Origin: Octopus vulgaris
Lineage: Eukaryota
DNA: 64,000 nt
Assembly: GCA_951406725.2 (NCBI GenBank)
Contig: OX597821.1
Span: forward strand, 42,842,001-42,906,000
Direction: 5' to 3'
Made by a program: the position numbers and the translations under genes. Shown here piece after piece: positions 47,958-60,399 of this stretch. The first letter of the stretch is position 1. Every line of letters starts with the position of its first letter. A model generated the notes under the pieces. It saw only the letters and a program-made list of their open reading frames with translations. It was not told where the DNA came from and made no database searches.

Positions 47958-49745
47958 ATATGTTTGTGTATCTGTGTTTGTCCTCCCACTATCACTTGAC
48001 AACTGATGTTGGTGTGTTTATGTCCTTGTAACTTAGCAGTTTGGCAAAAGAGACTGATAGCATAAGTACTAGGCTTACAAAGAATAAGTCCTGGGGTCGA
48101 TTTGTTTGACTAAAGGTGGTGCTACAGCATGGCTGCAGTCAAATGACTGAAATAAGTAAAAAAAAGAAAAAGAGAATATAAATACACACACACACACACA
48201 CATGAGGGGTACCCAAAAGTAACCAAAAATGTACTCTGTGGGGCAAGCCCGTTGTAGTTCAGGCTGCTGCAACTAGAAATCACTTGATGCGACCCTCAGG
48301 CATCAATCTGCCAACCAGCATATTCAACCAGCACTGTTTCTGGCATTAACCACATGGCTGTGATGGACAATTAAATATAATATATGCACGGGAAATGCAT
48401 GTATATATTGCTATCTGTACGCAGAAATTTATCAGCATGTATCTGTATTTCTCACTTATATATTGTCAATGTACTTCTACTGAAAAGTAAAGTAAGTTTT
48501 ATTACAAAACACGAAATCATAAGATATAGAGTTATCCAAAATTTTATAACTCTTGTCCATTCCCTCACATTCAGCCTTGTGTTAAAAAGAGAACAAACTT
48601 AGAGTGGTTTGTAGACATTTGACATCTACTTCTAGTATATTGACATTGGCCCTCCAGCACCCTTAATTATAATATTTTTATAATTATATACTTAAAAATT
48701 AATTTTACCGATATGGTGGTTTTTATATGCTAGTCACTGATTTAATTATTTTAATGGTTATGTACTCAATTTATATATATATATAAAGAAAAGAGAGACA
48801 GAGACAGGCAGAAACAAGGGAAATGCCCCTTGTTTTAAAAACTTTTCATTTCATTTTTTCATAATTTTATTTTTTTTAGTGACTGAAACTAGTACTAAAA
48901 TGTTTTTCATGATAAAATTACTTTAGCATTTTCTACTTTGACTTATTTTCCTTATATATATCAACTCGTGTGTTCCTTTTCAACATTCTACATATATATG
49001 TATATATGGCATGGCATGGCATCTTGGTATCTTCTGATACAACTCCAGGCAAATCAAAGCCTTTTGAGTGGATTTTGTAGATAGAAACTGAAAATAGCCT
49101 GTTGTGTGTGTGCAGTTATTTTGTAGAAGACAAGGTTATCACTCATTTTTGTCTCAGTCAAGAGGGAGAAATTAGCGTAAACAAGAAAATAATTAGATGA
49201 CATTAATATGAACAAAATCATTCAAAATGAGAATATATAACATCAATAAGCAGAGATAGATAGATAGATAGATGGATGAAGAGAGAGAGAGAGAGAGAGA
49301 GAGCAGTAATTATACCAACCAGAAGGAGAAATAACACCCACTCTGAAAGTGTACCTTGTTCTGTCTGTAAATGACGATTACTTGTATTTATCTCAACTTC
49401 TAAACTGGAGAATGTGACTTGTTAGACACTCTAAGTAGATCAACATTGCAGGTTTCAGATAACTAGACCTTATTACAAAAGAGTACTTACATAATAGTTA
49501 TGAGTGCTAAGATATGTGGGATTATTTTTCAAGTTGCATAACGTAATATTAGGTTAATAGCATGCCAATGTTATCAAAAGATGCAGACAATATGATTAAT
49601 GACAGAAAGTGGCATAAAATAATTAGAGAATTCATTAAAAAATGTCAGTAATCAGATAAAGATATGTATATACACAGAATTGAAGTATTAGAAAAATCAG
49701 ATATGCATGTAATGTCTTAGTTGAAAATTCATATATATCTATTTA

Positions 49746-49789
<44 letters not shown>

Positions 49790-50352
49790 GATCGGACACT
49801 AGTCAAATGGGCTCAACCCGTTAAAAGGAGGGCTGGGCATGCCATGGTTGATGATGTGCAGACATGCGCTGAGACTGCGACATCTCTGGCTCTACAAAGA
49901 CAACGGTGAACAGGTGTGGCCACTGTTTGTGAGGCGCGCTTTCCCACAGCTCGTCTCCATGACCGAACTGCAGTCGTAGATCAAAAAGTGGCCGAGGAAG
50001 GGTGAATGGCACCGCGAGTGTTGTGTTGCTCTCAAGCGAAAAAGGAAAAAAGCGAGCCACTTACTGTGATGTGTTTTCTTTTTGCATGACACTATTGTTC
50101 AAAGTTCCCGTGGTCTTTTCCATTGGCTTTTCTATCCACGGACAAACATAATCTGTTTTCCTCTTTTACATTGACATTTCTGTGATACACGATCCCTGTT
50201 GATTGTTGATTGGCCCCACTTTTTTTTTCACGATCCCTTTTGATCGGAATTCCCCCCCCTTTTTTTTCCTCTTCTCTTCTTCCCAAAAAGAAAAGCCCTA
50301 CTTTGTATTTTGTCCCTTCTGTGTTCAGCCCTGCGTGGCCAATAAAGAAATC
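49790..50352 (+). mobile_element. Tx1/L1-like LINE unit 1, massively deleted, at (TC)n
   Basis: 25-nt 5' end gatcggac.ctagtcaaatgggctc shared with 50405; post-RT motif PLKGGLGMPWL..RHALRLRHL; 3' UTR repeated at 55031-55280. Confidence 0.8.
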
Positions 50353-50651
50353 TATTTACCTATCTCTCTCTCTCTCTCTTTCACTCTCTCTCTCTCTCTC
50401 TCTCGATCGGACGCTAGTCAAATGGGCTCCACGTAAGTTGGCCATTTTTACGTTTAAAACTCTTTATTGTGAAATATTTTGTTTTTAAAAGTTGTGCAAG
50501 ATCATTCACTGAAAAACCTGAGAAATATTTACGTAGAATTTCGCCCGTGTGGGCGAAATTTCCCAAAGTTTCAAAACTTTCGTGGTTTCATTTTAGCCAT
50601 TTTTCATTTTGAAAATAGCGACTGGAAACCACGTGGCCAGTGCACAAGTCA

Positions 50652-52549
50652 TGTGGAACGCTAGCGAGGCACCACTGCTGTCATTAGCTGATAAACCTCA
50701 CAGCTTGAACACCGCTGTCACCACCAATACCACCACCATCCCCACCACCAACAGCAAAACTAATGCCGCAAGACCATTACCGCCACCAAAGACATTAACT
50801 TAAATTTCCCCCACTCTTTACACCACATGTCAATGAAAGAAAGACGGGGGAAGGGATTTTAAAACAAATGAATACAGACGCAAGCATGAATGCCAGTACC
50901 ACCACTATTAACAACGAAATTAGCACAAAGCCACCCACCGAAGACAGCACCGCCAACACCAATACTACTACTACTACGACTTCAATGCTACAACTAATAC
51001 CTCTGCTACCAACACCACCACCACCACCAAAGACAAAACAAACTTCGCAGAAGCGATAAAAGAAAAGAACAATCATAAAATTCACTGCACAATAAATAAA
51101 CAACAGAAAGGCACTTCTAACCAAAGAAGGAGATAATTTATATCTCCACATTCTACAACACATCATGGAAAACACGCACACACACAAAAAAAGAAAAACA
51201 ATCATATACAAAGCTATCAACAAGAAGACAAGACGACTGAAAGTGCACCGCAGCAAAAAATCAAAAAATGTCTTCGTCCTGTTTGGGCTCACAAGGAATA
51301 CGTCAATTGGTATCATAAATTTGGCACAGTCGAAGTACGTTTCCACAATGAAAATCTAGCAAAACGATTTTCCACATTAGATCTGCATACAGATGACTTA
51401 GTGATGATATTAACTTATTTAGGCCAAAGGGTGACGAAAGTTACAATAAAAAGTGTGACACCTGAAGTAGAAACACAATGGTTAGTCTCTGTCATCTGCT
51501 TTGAAACGGCAGAGACAAACATTCTCGAAATCGCTCTTCTTGAACAGCAAAACTGGGCGGGAAAATCAATTCAATTACTCCTTCAAATGGAAGAAACAAC
51601 AACAGAAAAGATACCCACCACTATAGAACTGCTAGAAGGCTACAAACTCTATGTAGTGGTGGAGGGCAGGCGACCACGTTGCTATCTGTGCGGCAGCGAA
51701 ACACATTTGAAAAAGAAGTGTCCAACCGCCGCACAACAAAAGCAACAACAACAACAACCACCACCACAACCAAAACACACCGAGAAAAAAGTACTACTAC
51801 TCACACCACCATCAACACAGAAGCACACCAAGCAAATCCATCAACAATCGAAAATAATACAACACCTGAGAAAATACCAACACCACCAACAACAGCAAGA
51901 ACTAAAGGAACAGAAAAACAAAAAATAATACAAAAACTGATTCCCCATCCCCTATACCGCACACACCATACACACACAGCCAACAACCAACATCAACGAA
52001 AATAACAACACAACCACTTACACAAACATACATAGGAGCTTACAACATGCCCCTACCCACTTCTGATTCCTCAGAAATTTCGTCGGAAGACGAAAGCAGT
52101 GAGGAATGGCAAATAGCCAGAAAAGGAAGGAGGAAGAGAAGCAAGAAAAGAACCAAACCAAATGCAAATGGGAACAAAGCAGAGGGATATAATCCCCCGA
52201 AGACATTTTGAAAGCTACCACAAACAACAGCAACACCACCACCACCACCACAAAAATATATACAGCAAACATGCGCACAGCTATAGACACTAAAAACACA
52301 AATTTGATGGAACACATCAAATCAAAAACAAACTTAACAAAAGATGACATAAAAACAAACAACCACCCATACACAACACCACCGGAGCACATCAAAATAC
52401 TACACATCTCACGAAGTCTACAGTACACGCTAAAAGGCATTTCTCCCAGTGCGGTTGGTAAATGCCAAAAGTACCTCACGAAGAAACTGTATTGGGATCT
52501 CCTCGACGACAAACCAAATGAGGAGAAAGCAAAAACTTTCGAGCAGTAA
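50652..52549 (+). pseudogene. Tx1-type ORF1 (gag-like, zinc knuckle), frameshifted
   Basis: VVVEGRRPRCYLCGSETHLKKKC (CX2CX4HX4C) with T/Q-rich low-complexity flanks; paralogue at 55574-56348. Confidence 0.75.
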
Positions 52550-52593
52550 GTAACCCTCTGTTCCTTTCGTTTGTGTTTTAATTCACTAGGATT

Positions 52594-52861
52594 ATGATCA
52601 AGATTGGTCGTGTGAATGCGCGTGGCTTGGTGTCCCCTTGAAAACAAGGGTACCTCTTAAATGACATAAAGTCGCACAAGTTAGAAATCATAGCCATGAG
52701 ACCAGACTCCATAATCCACAGGCCCTAAAGTCCATGTTTGGCGGACAATTTAACATATATTTTTCTCCCTGTCTGTGGCACCGCGGTACTTTTTCGCAAG
52801 AGTCTGGATCTCGAAGTAAAAAATATTCGTATACCCGGAGGGTAGACTGGTCGTCCTAGAT
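52594..52861 (+). pseudogene. Apurinic endonuclease (APE) N-terminus of Tx1 ORF2
   Basis: MIKIGRVNARGL..., ETRL and PEGRLVVLD motifs, with a stop and frameshifts. Confidence 0.75.
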
Positions 52862-54594
52862 GCACGGACTGAAGAAACCACCTGAACCAAGAGTACCATT
52901 TGATTTGAGCGACATCAAACGGAAAGAAATGGATGAATTCATAAGGAAAGCAAGAGCAGAATGTGCACCAGGGAACGATGGAGTGAGCTACAAGGTATAC
53001 AAATATTGCCCAAAATTACGTTTGCAGCTGTTTGCACTGATAAGAGAAATGTGGAAGAAGAAAGATGTAGCGGAGCGATGGTGTATAGCCGAAGGTATCT
53101 ATCTACCTAAAGAAAAAGAGGCAAAAGCACTAGGCCAATTAAGATCAATTTCACTACTAAATACAGACGGGAAAATCATGTTCGGAATAATTGCTAGACG
53201 AATTATAAGATTCGTACAGCATAACGGATACATTAATGAAGCGATTCAAAAAGCAGGAATCCCTGGGTGCATAGAACACGCATTTTCCATCTGGGAAGCC
53301 ATCACTTGTGCAAAACAAAAGAAGACAAACCTGTATATTGTTTGGCTAGATGTTGCCAATGCCTATGGATCTGTTCCGCATGCAATAATAAAAACAGCGA
53401 TGGACGTCTTTTGGATTCCAAAAGATGTTCAACGAATGCTCATGTCGTACTACGACAACCTGAAGATGAAATTTACAGCAGGTAAGTTCACAACGGAGTG
53501 GCAACGGCTTGAAATAGGTATTGCAGCCGGATGCACGATATCAGTCATCTTATTCGTGCTAGTCATGGAAATGCTACTCAGATCTACAAACTGTGAGAAA
53601 GCGACGCAAGAAGCTAGAACCGGCCTAGCATCGCAAAACTTCAGGCCATTTTGCAAGAGAAAAAGAGATGAAAGAGGCAGTGGTATACGAAGTGAGAAAG
53701 GAGGAAGAAAGGCGAAATGTACATTTGGTGCAATGCAGTCAACAGGGACAGTGCATGAGATGGGAGGAATATGTGATCAACCGCAGAATATCATGGAAGG
53801 AACTTTGGGCTTGGGAACAAGCAAGAACATCCTTCCTGATCAAGTCTACCTTCGACGTTCTACCCTCACCGGCGAACTTAGTCCGGTGGAACATAAAAAC
53901 AACCGACGAGTGTATATGCGGAGAGAAAGCGACGGTTAGACATGTTCTGTCAGGTTGCAGACTAGCAATTGAAAGATATACATGGCGGCATAATCAAGTC
54001 CTCGGCGTCATAAGCGCAACACTCAAAGATAAGATCGAGAGGTACAATAGGGGAGAATACCCAAAAGTAGAAAAGCGCAGGAGAGTGTACTTCCACAAGG
54101 AGGGAAAAGGTTATAAAACCAGGCCTACAAGTAAAGTATACGAGATAGACGAAAGATGGAAGGGATACTGGGAGGTGGCCACGGACTTGGAAAGACAAGT
54201 AATATTTCCACTAATAAAAACAACAAAAAGACCGGATTTAGTTCTTTGGAACAGAGACCTGAGAATGGGAATTTTACTAGAACTGACAGTACCTTGGGAA
54301 GAGAACATCGGCAATGCAGAGGAACGAAAGGAGAAGAGGTATGAAAAGCTAATCGAAGAATGCAGAGAACAGGGATGGAATGTCGAATATTATCACCTGG
54401 CAGTGGGGGCTAGAGGCTTCATTGAAAAAAAAATGATAACGCTTTTCAAAAGAAGATTTGTTTTTTCTAGCCCCGAGCTGCGTAAACTAATAAGGAGAGT
54501 ACAGGAGGCGGTCGAAAAAGCCAGCTTCTATATATGGCTGAAGCGGGAAGACCGAAAATGGCTTGAAAGTCATAAACATGCCGACGGGAAATAA
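52860..54594 (+). pseudogene. HERO-clade RT plus restriction-like endonuclease, internally deleted
   Basis: APGNDGV, IQKAGIPGCIEH, WLDVANAYGSVPH, GCTISVILF; deletion near 53598 removes the catalytic DD motif; then DVLPSPANL, CICGEKATVRHVLSGC, RYTWRHNQVL, RPDLVLW and ELTVPWEE (RLE). Confidence 0.88.
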
Positions 54595-54894
54595 CATCAT
54601 TAGGTGAGACCAGCTGACTGACAGGTGACGGTCGTTTAGAAAAAGCGCGGGCTAAAACTACGCGCCTTCACTAGTCAGTTAAGGTGAGACAGTGTCACAT
54701 GACAACTTGCTGGGGCTGCCTGCTGGAGACTATGCGGCAGGTATTTAAAAGAAAAAATTTGACAAGACAGTCAGTCACCGGCTGACACTCGCTGACATTC
54801 GCTGACGATACATCGAAGAGGCCAGGGAACAGAAGAAAGAAGACATGCACCCAACACCAGAGCTGAAGACACCTCCGAAAGGGGGGGGGGGCCG

Positions 54895-54957
54895 CCACGT
54901 CAAAACGGTAGAGGAGTAGGGGCCGAAACCGGACGTGGTTCCTCCTGATGATGTCTT
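54895..54957 (+). ncRNA. Non-circularly permuted hammerhead-like ribozyme motif in the HERO 3' UTR
   Basis: CGGT-A-GAGGAG / GGGGCC-GAA-ACCG / TTCCTC-CTGATGA-TGTCTT; stem I 6 bp; stem III 4+7 bp (CCACGTC/GACGTGG); stem II GU-rich. Confidence 0.65.
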
Positions 54958-55278
54958 GAGCTAACTGGATCCTGTAAAGGAGCTGTTGTGGTAGCAGACC
55001 ACGAAACACGGTTGTAATTCCTCTTTTAGTATGACACTATTGCCCAAGGTCCCCGGGGTCTTTTCCATAGGCTTTTCTATCCACGGACAAACCTAATCTG
55101 TTTTCTCCTTTTACATTGACATTTCTGTGATACACGATCTCTATTGATCGGCCTCACTTTTTTTTCATGATCCCTTTTGATCGGAATTCACCCTCCCCTT
55201 TTTTCCCCTTTACTTCTTCCCAAAAAGAAAAGCCCTACTTTGTATTTTGTCCCTTCTGTGTACAGCCCCGTGTGGCCA

Positions 55279-55342
<64 letters not shown>

Positions 55343-55361
<19 letters not shown>

Positions 55362-56430
55362 GACTGACATGATGTCGCATCGGCTCCGCAGGTAATTCCT
55401 TTTTTTTACCTTTTATTGCACACATTTTGTTCCAATTTTTGCACACAAGGTGTGTAAAGCACCCAGCCTTCATTTGAGTGTACTTTCAAGGGAGGAATTG
55501 ACACTTTGGGTCAGTTTCAAACTTATTTCCATTTCCATTTTCTTCGATTTCCTTGCCATAGTTCTAAACAAATATGGCTCAGCGAAATGATGAGGCCGAC
55601 TTCCTGCCTCTACCAATACTAGAGGTGAAGGAAGCTGAAAGTAAAACCGTTGCATGTGAACACACACAGGCCTTAGAAATCAGGAATGCTTCTGCTACTA
55701 CAATCACTGGCTCTACCACTGCTACCACCACTACTGCCATCACCACCACAACCAACATGGATACCGGAAACAATTTTGCCGCAGCTTTAAAGCTAAAGAA
55801 AACAATCGTGTGCTTTTCCAAAGATGAACTGTTTGCCTGTAAAGCAATGTTAAAAATGATGACCTCAGCATACAACTACAAACACCACAAGACATCACGG
55901 AAAAAATCGAAAAAATTTGCCACGATCAAAGTTCGATTCGATAGTGAAGAAAGAGCCAAGGACCTCTCCACAAAGTCCTTCCAATTTGAAAATTTATTGA
56001 TGATTCCCTACATACCTTGGTCGTAGGGTCACAAAAATTAAAATAAAGAATGTGCATCCTGAAATAGAAATAAAGTGGCTCGTGTCTGCCATTTGCTATG
56101 ATATCGAGGACAAAATCCATATTTTGGAAATCGCTGTCGTGGACCAGCAAAACTGGATTGGCCAAGAAATCAAAGTTCTTGCTCAGATTAATTCAATGAT
56201 TTACGAAAAAATTCCACATCGAATCCAATTGAGAGAGGATTCAAGTTTACATGTGGCTATCGAAGGCAGAAAGCCTTGTTGCTACATTTGTGATAGCAAC
56301 ACACACTTACAAAATACGTGCCCAACAACAGCAACAACAAGATCATGAAAAACAACAACAACCACAAGAAAACCAAAAACTGGGCAAAAAACCAGCACTA
56401 TTACCCACACCGCCATATGCACAACTAATC
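55343..56430 (+). mobile_element. Tx1-like unit 3 (divergent ORF1), truncated by an RTE insertion
   Basis: HPEIEIKWLVSAICY..ILEIA..QQNWIG..EGRKPCCYICDSNTHLQNTC is paralogous to 51401-51928; follows (TCTA)n. Confidence 0.8.
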
Positions 56431-58132
56431 CCCCAATCCCTTATCTAGTGGTCAATGAGAAAACTAGGGATAGATGAATGGTTAGTGAGAGCTGAGCAAG
56501 CCATGTACAAGGATGCTTTCAGTAAGGTGAGGGTTGGCAACGAGTACAGTGAAGAATTCCAGGTAGAGGTAGGGGTCCACCAAGGTTCAGTCCTCAGCCC
56601 CCTCCTATTTATCATAGTGCTCCAGGCAATAACAGAAATTCAAGATAGGATCCCCTGGGAGCTCCCATATGCTGATGACCTTGCTCTAATTGCCGAGTCA
56701 CTATCAGAACTAGAGGAGAGGTTTCAGGTGTGGAAACAAGGATTAGAATCGAAGGGCCTTAGAGTCAACCTAGCTAAAACCAAAGTCCTAATAAGTAGGA
56801 AGGCAGGCAAACCACAAGTCCCTTCAGGTAGATGGCCCTGCTCAATCTATAGAAAAGGCGTAGGTAGAAACTCTATAAAATGTACCCAGTGTAAGCTATG
56901 GACACATAAGAAGTGCAGCGATATCAAAGGAAGGTTAACTGGGAAGATAGTTTTTGTGTGTGGCAGATGCTCAGGAGCAATAAATAACGCTGAAAATGTG
57001 CAGAGAACAACTTCCGCCACATTCCAGGGAGAAAAACTAGAAGTAGTTAATAACTTCCATTACCTAGGTGACCAAGTCAGTAGCAAGGGAGGGTGCGCTG
57101 AAAGTGTAGCTGCTAGAATAAGAATAGCCTGGGCAAAGTTCAGAGAGCTCTTACCTCTGCTGGTGACAAAAGGCCTCTCGCTCAGAGTAAAAGGTAGACT
57201 GTATGATGCATGTGTACGAACAGCCATGCTACATTGCAGTGAAACATGGGCTGTGACTGCTGAGGACATGCATAAGCTTGCAAGGAATGAAGCCAGTATG
57301 CTCTGATGGAAGTGTAATGTCAGTGTGCATACTCGACAGAGTGTAAGTAACTTGAGAGAAAAGCTGGACCTAAGAAGCATCAGATGTGGTGTGCAAGAGA
57401 GACGAATGTGCTGGTATGGCGAGAATGGATGGGGATAGCTGTGTGAAAAAGTGCCACACTCTAGTGGTTGAGGGAAACTGTGGAAGAAGTAGACCCTGGA
57501 AGGCCTGAGATGAAGTGGTGAAGCATGACCCTTGAACATTAGGCCTCACCAAGGCAATGACTAGTGATCGAGACTTTTGGAAATATGCTGTACTTGAGAA
57601 GACATGGCAAGCCAAGTGAGACCATAACATCGTGGCCTATGCCAGGGGTGTAACCAGCCCACTTATGTATACCTTTCCTTCATTGGACACTAAACTCTGT
57701 TGAGGCAAGTGAAATCGAAATCGAAATCAAATTTGATGACTGGCATCTGTGCTAGTGGAGTGCTAAGAGCACCATCCAAGCATGATCGTTGCCAGCATTG
57801 CCTTACTGGCACTTGTGCCGGTGGCATGTGAAAAAACATTCGAGCGAGGTTGTTGCCAGTGCCACTGGACTGGCTCCTGTGTAGGTGGCTTGTAAAAAAC
57901 ACCATTTGAGCGTGGCCGTTGCCAGTACCGCCTGACTGGACCTTGTGCCAGTGGCACGTAAAAGCACCCACTACACTCTCGGTGAGGTTGGCGTTAGGAA
58001 GGGCATCCAGCTGTAGAAACTCTGCCAGATCAAAATTGGAGCCTGGTGCAGCCGTCTGGTTCGCCAGTCTCAGTCAAATTGTCCAACCCATGCTAGCATG
58101 GAAAGCAGACGTTAAACGATGATGATGATGAT
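56430..58132 (+). mobile_element. 5'-truncated RTE LINE
   Basis: GVHQGSVLSPLLF, YADDL, embedded Cys/His finger, FHYLG, RTE C-terminus; 3' UTR with subrepeats and (GAT)n tail. Confidence 0.92.
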
Positions 58133-58716
58133 ATATATAAGTAATGTTTATCGCCACTTCAACATGGCTGTTCTGTAGGAACCAACATTACTGCTTTTAA
58201 CTTCGTGGACAATTCTTCCAGTTGATTATTGATGAAATCTACACCTGATATATATTTCAAGCAGGGGAGTGTACCCCACCCCATCTCCTAGTGATGATAA
58301 GACCACCAGACTGTCTGGTTTTGAGCTATTTCTGCTCATCCTCAGTGGTGGACACCTATCCACTAGAGATAGCAGTAGTTTGCTCCACCTCACAATATGT
58401 AGAAAAATCAGTGACCGGTTGTCACATATATATTGCAAGCTTCCCTGTTTGCAGTATGCATTGGGTGCAGATTGCATCAATAACCAGCTGGAGTAGGTGT
58501 TCTCCTGGGTTTAAAAATGGTAATAATGTCATTACAAGGTTGACAAGGTTGACAAGGTTGCAAAAGTAACAAGAATTTTGGGAGAAAAAATATAAATAAA
58601 AAATGAGTAGAAATCGAACTGGTGGGTGTACAATATGACTCTCCCCAGACACTATAAAATTTGCTTTAAGACATGAATTCACATAAAGAATCTTGCAAAC
58701 TACATACCAAAACGAA

Positions 58717-58756
<40 letters not shown>

Positions 58757-59201
58757 TAAGGGCATTACTATACATAAATGCCTCATACTAGGAGGGACTC
58801 TTAAAGTCAAAACTACCATAATAAACATTTTACCGAACGTGTGGGAATGTAACTCTCGAAGCAAGCCTTTTAAAAACAGATTCAGTTGCAGATCATATGA
58901 TTTCATAGTTAGTTCATAAAATGCCCTTTTTAATCGTCATGCATGCATAATCAAGACGCATAAAAAGGAACAAAAAATCAACATACCAGACGAACATCAA
59001 ATGTATCCAGCATAGTACATAGAATTGTTCACACTTATATGTCTATGTAAGAGGTGAGCTTTTCCAATTGCATCTCAGTACAGGTGTTTATTCAGAATAA
59101 AATTCAGCACTGAATATATTCCGGTTTTTCATACTAACTACTTGATAATTTCTTATAAAGATTTTATCCTATTTTTAAATTGTAAATTTAACTGGAATTC
59201 T

Positions 59202-59270
<69 letters not shown>

Positions 59271-59271
<1 letters not shown>

Positions 59272-59620
59272 CTGTGTCTGGGGAGAGTTATTCTCTTTTA
59301 GTGCCTTATTACTTAATGCACTCACTGGTTCAATTTTCACTCATTTACTTATTTATTTTTCCTAAAATTTTCATTGAATCTTGCAACCTTTTCAATATTT
59401 GTTGACTCAACAACTATTGAGTGTCAATGACTATTGAAAAAGTTGCAAGGCGCAACGAAAATTTTAGGAAAAATAAATAAGTAAATGAGTGGAAATCGAA
59501 CTGGTGAGTGTGTTAAGTAATAAGGCATGAAAAGAGAATGACTCCCCCCAGACACAATAGAATAGGCTTCAACACAAGAATTCACATAAAGAATGTTGCA
59601 AACCAAATGCAAAAACAAAA
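59271..59620. repeat. Foldback of a pLTR-like repeat (third copy at 58545-58720)
   Basis: 59271-59398 is inverted at 59432-59558. Confidence 0.85.
59431..59467 (+). ncRNA. Minimal type-I hammerhead, U3-A8 variant
   Basis: CTA-TTGAAAA-a-GTTGC(aaggc)GCAAC-GAA-AATT-T-TAG; degenerate copies on the minus strand at ~59362-59398 and at ~58549-58582. Confidence 0.65.
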
Positions 59621-59910
59621 AAATATATATAGACGTATATGAAACATCCATTTTTCCATGCTCATATGGATCAGACACATTTTGTAAGACTGGATACCCT
59701 TCCTGATACCAAACCTTACCTATTTTCAAGCTATATTTTACCGTACTCATTCATGTTTACAAGGCAGACTGGAAATAAAGAACAACTTTTGCATGACAGT
59801 GACACTTGCTTACTACTATTGCCTGAATCCAAGGTAAAGAGGCAATAAAACAAACACACAGACATGTATATATATTTATACATATACATACATGCATATA
59901 GACATATATG

Positions 59911-59948
<38 letters not shown>

Positions 59949-60072
59949 TGTATATATATATATATGCATGCTTGCATACATGCATACATACACACACGCA
60001 TACATACATACAGACAGACAGACATACATGCATGCATGCATGCATACATACATACATACATACATACATACA

Positions 60073-60106
<34 letters not shown>

Positions 60107-60399
60107 CAACACCACTAATATAAGTAAAGAACCCAGTAAATTAGAATTAGAGGCAGTAAACGAGATTGTAAACAAATATTTGAAGACCATACAATCTAGA
60201 GGTATGAAAACAACCTATGAAATCATAAACCTTTTGATATATGTTTCAGCTATTCAAGTTTTAGCATATTACAAAGAGCTGAAGCCAAACATTCAAGTAT
60301 GCTAAACAAATGCTCAAGTCAACAAACAAGCTGTAGTATTAAAAGAACTGGAACAGAAAAACTGCAGACTGTCCAGCCAAAACAATATAAAATAAATGG

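Larger units (their letters stand above)
50405..55280 (+). mobile_element. Tx1/L1-like LINE unit 2 with ORF2 replaced by a HERO-like segment
   Basis: Starts after (TC)n; ORF1 with CCHC knuckle, APE start, HERO RT/RLE, then the unit-1 3' UTR followed by (TCTA)n. Confidence 0.8.

Noticed and set aside
52594-54594. Intact dual-endonuclease (APE-RT-RLE) ORF
   Set aside because: APE and RT are out of frame, APE has a stop, and the RT catalytic motif is deleted; at most a dead chimera.
54863-54890. CTGAAGA...GAAA as an additional hammerhead core
   Set aside because: No stem II between the motifs; CCTCC-GAAA-GGGGG is better read as a GNRA tetraloop hairpin.
54945-55025. Conventional type-I or type-III hammerhead using CTGATGA with the downstream CGAAAC at 55002
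   Set aside because: Stem II and stem III pairings are poor in that register; the reversed-order fold using GAAA 54925 pairs much better.
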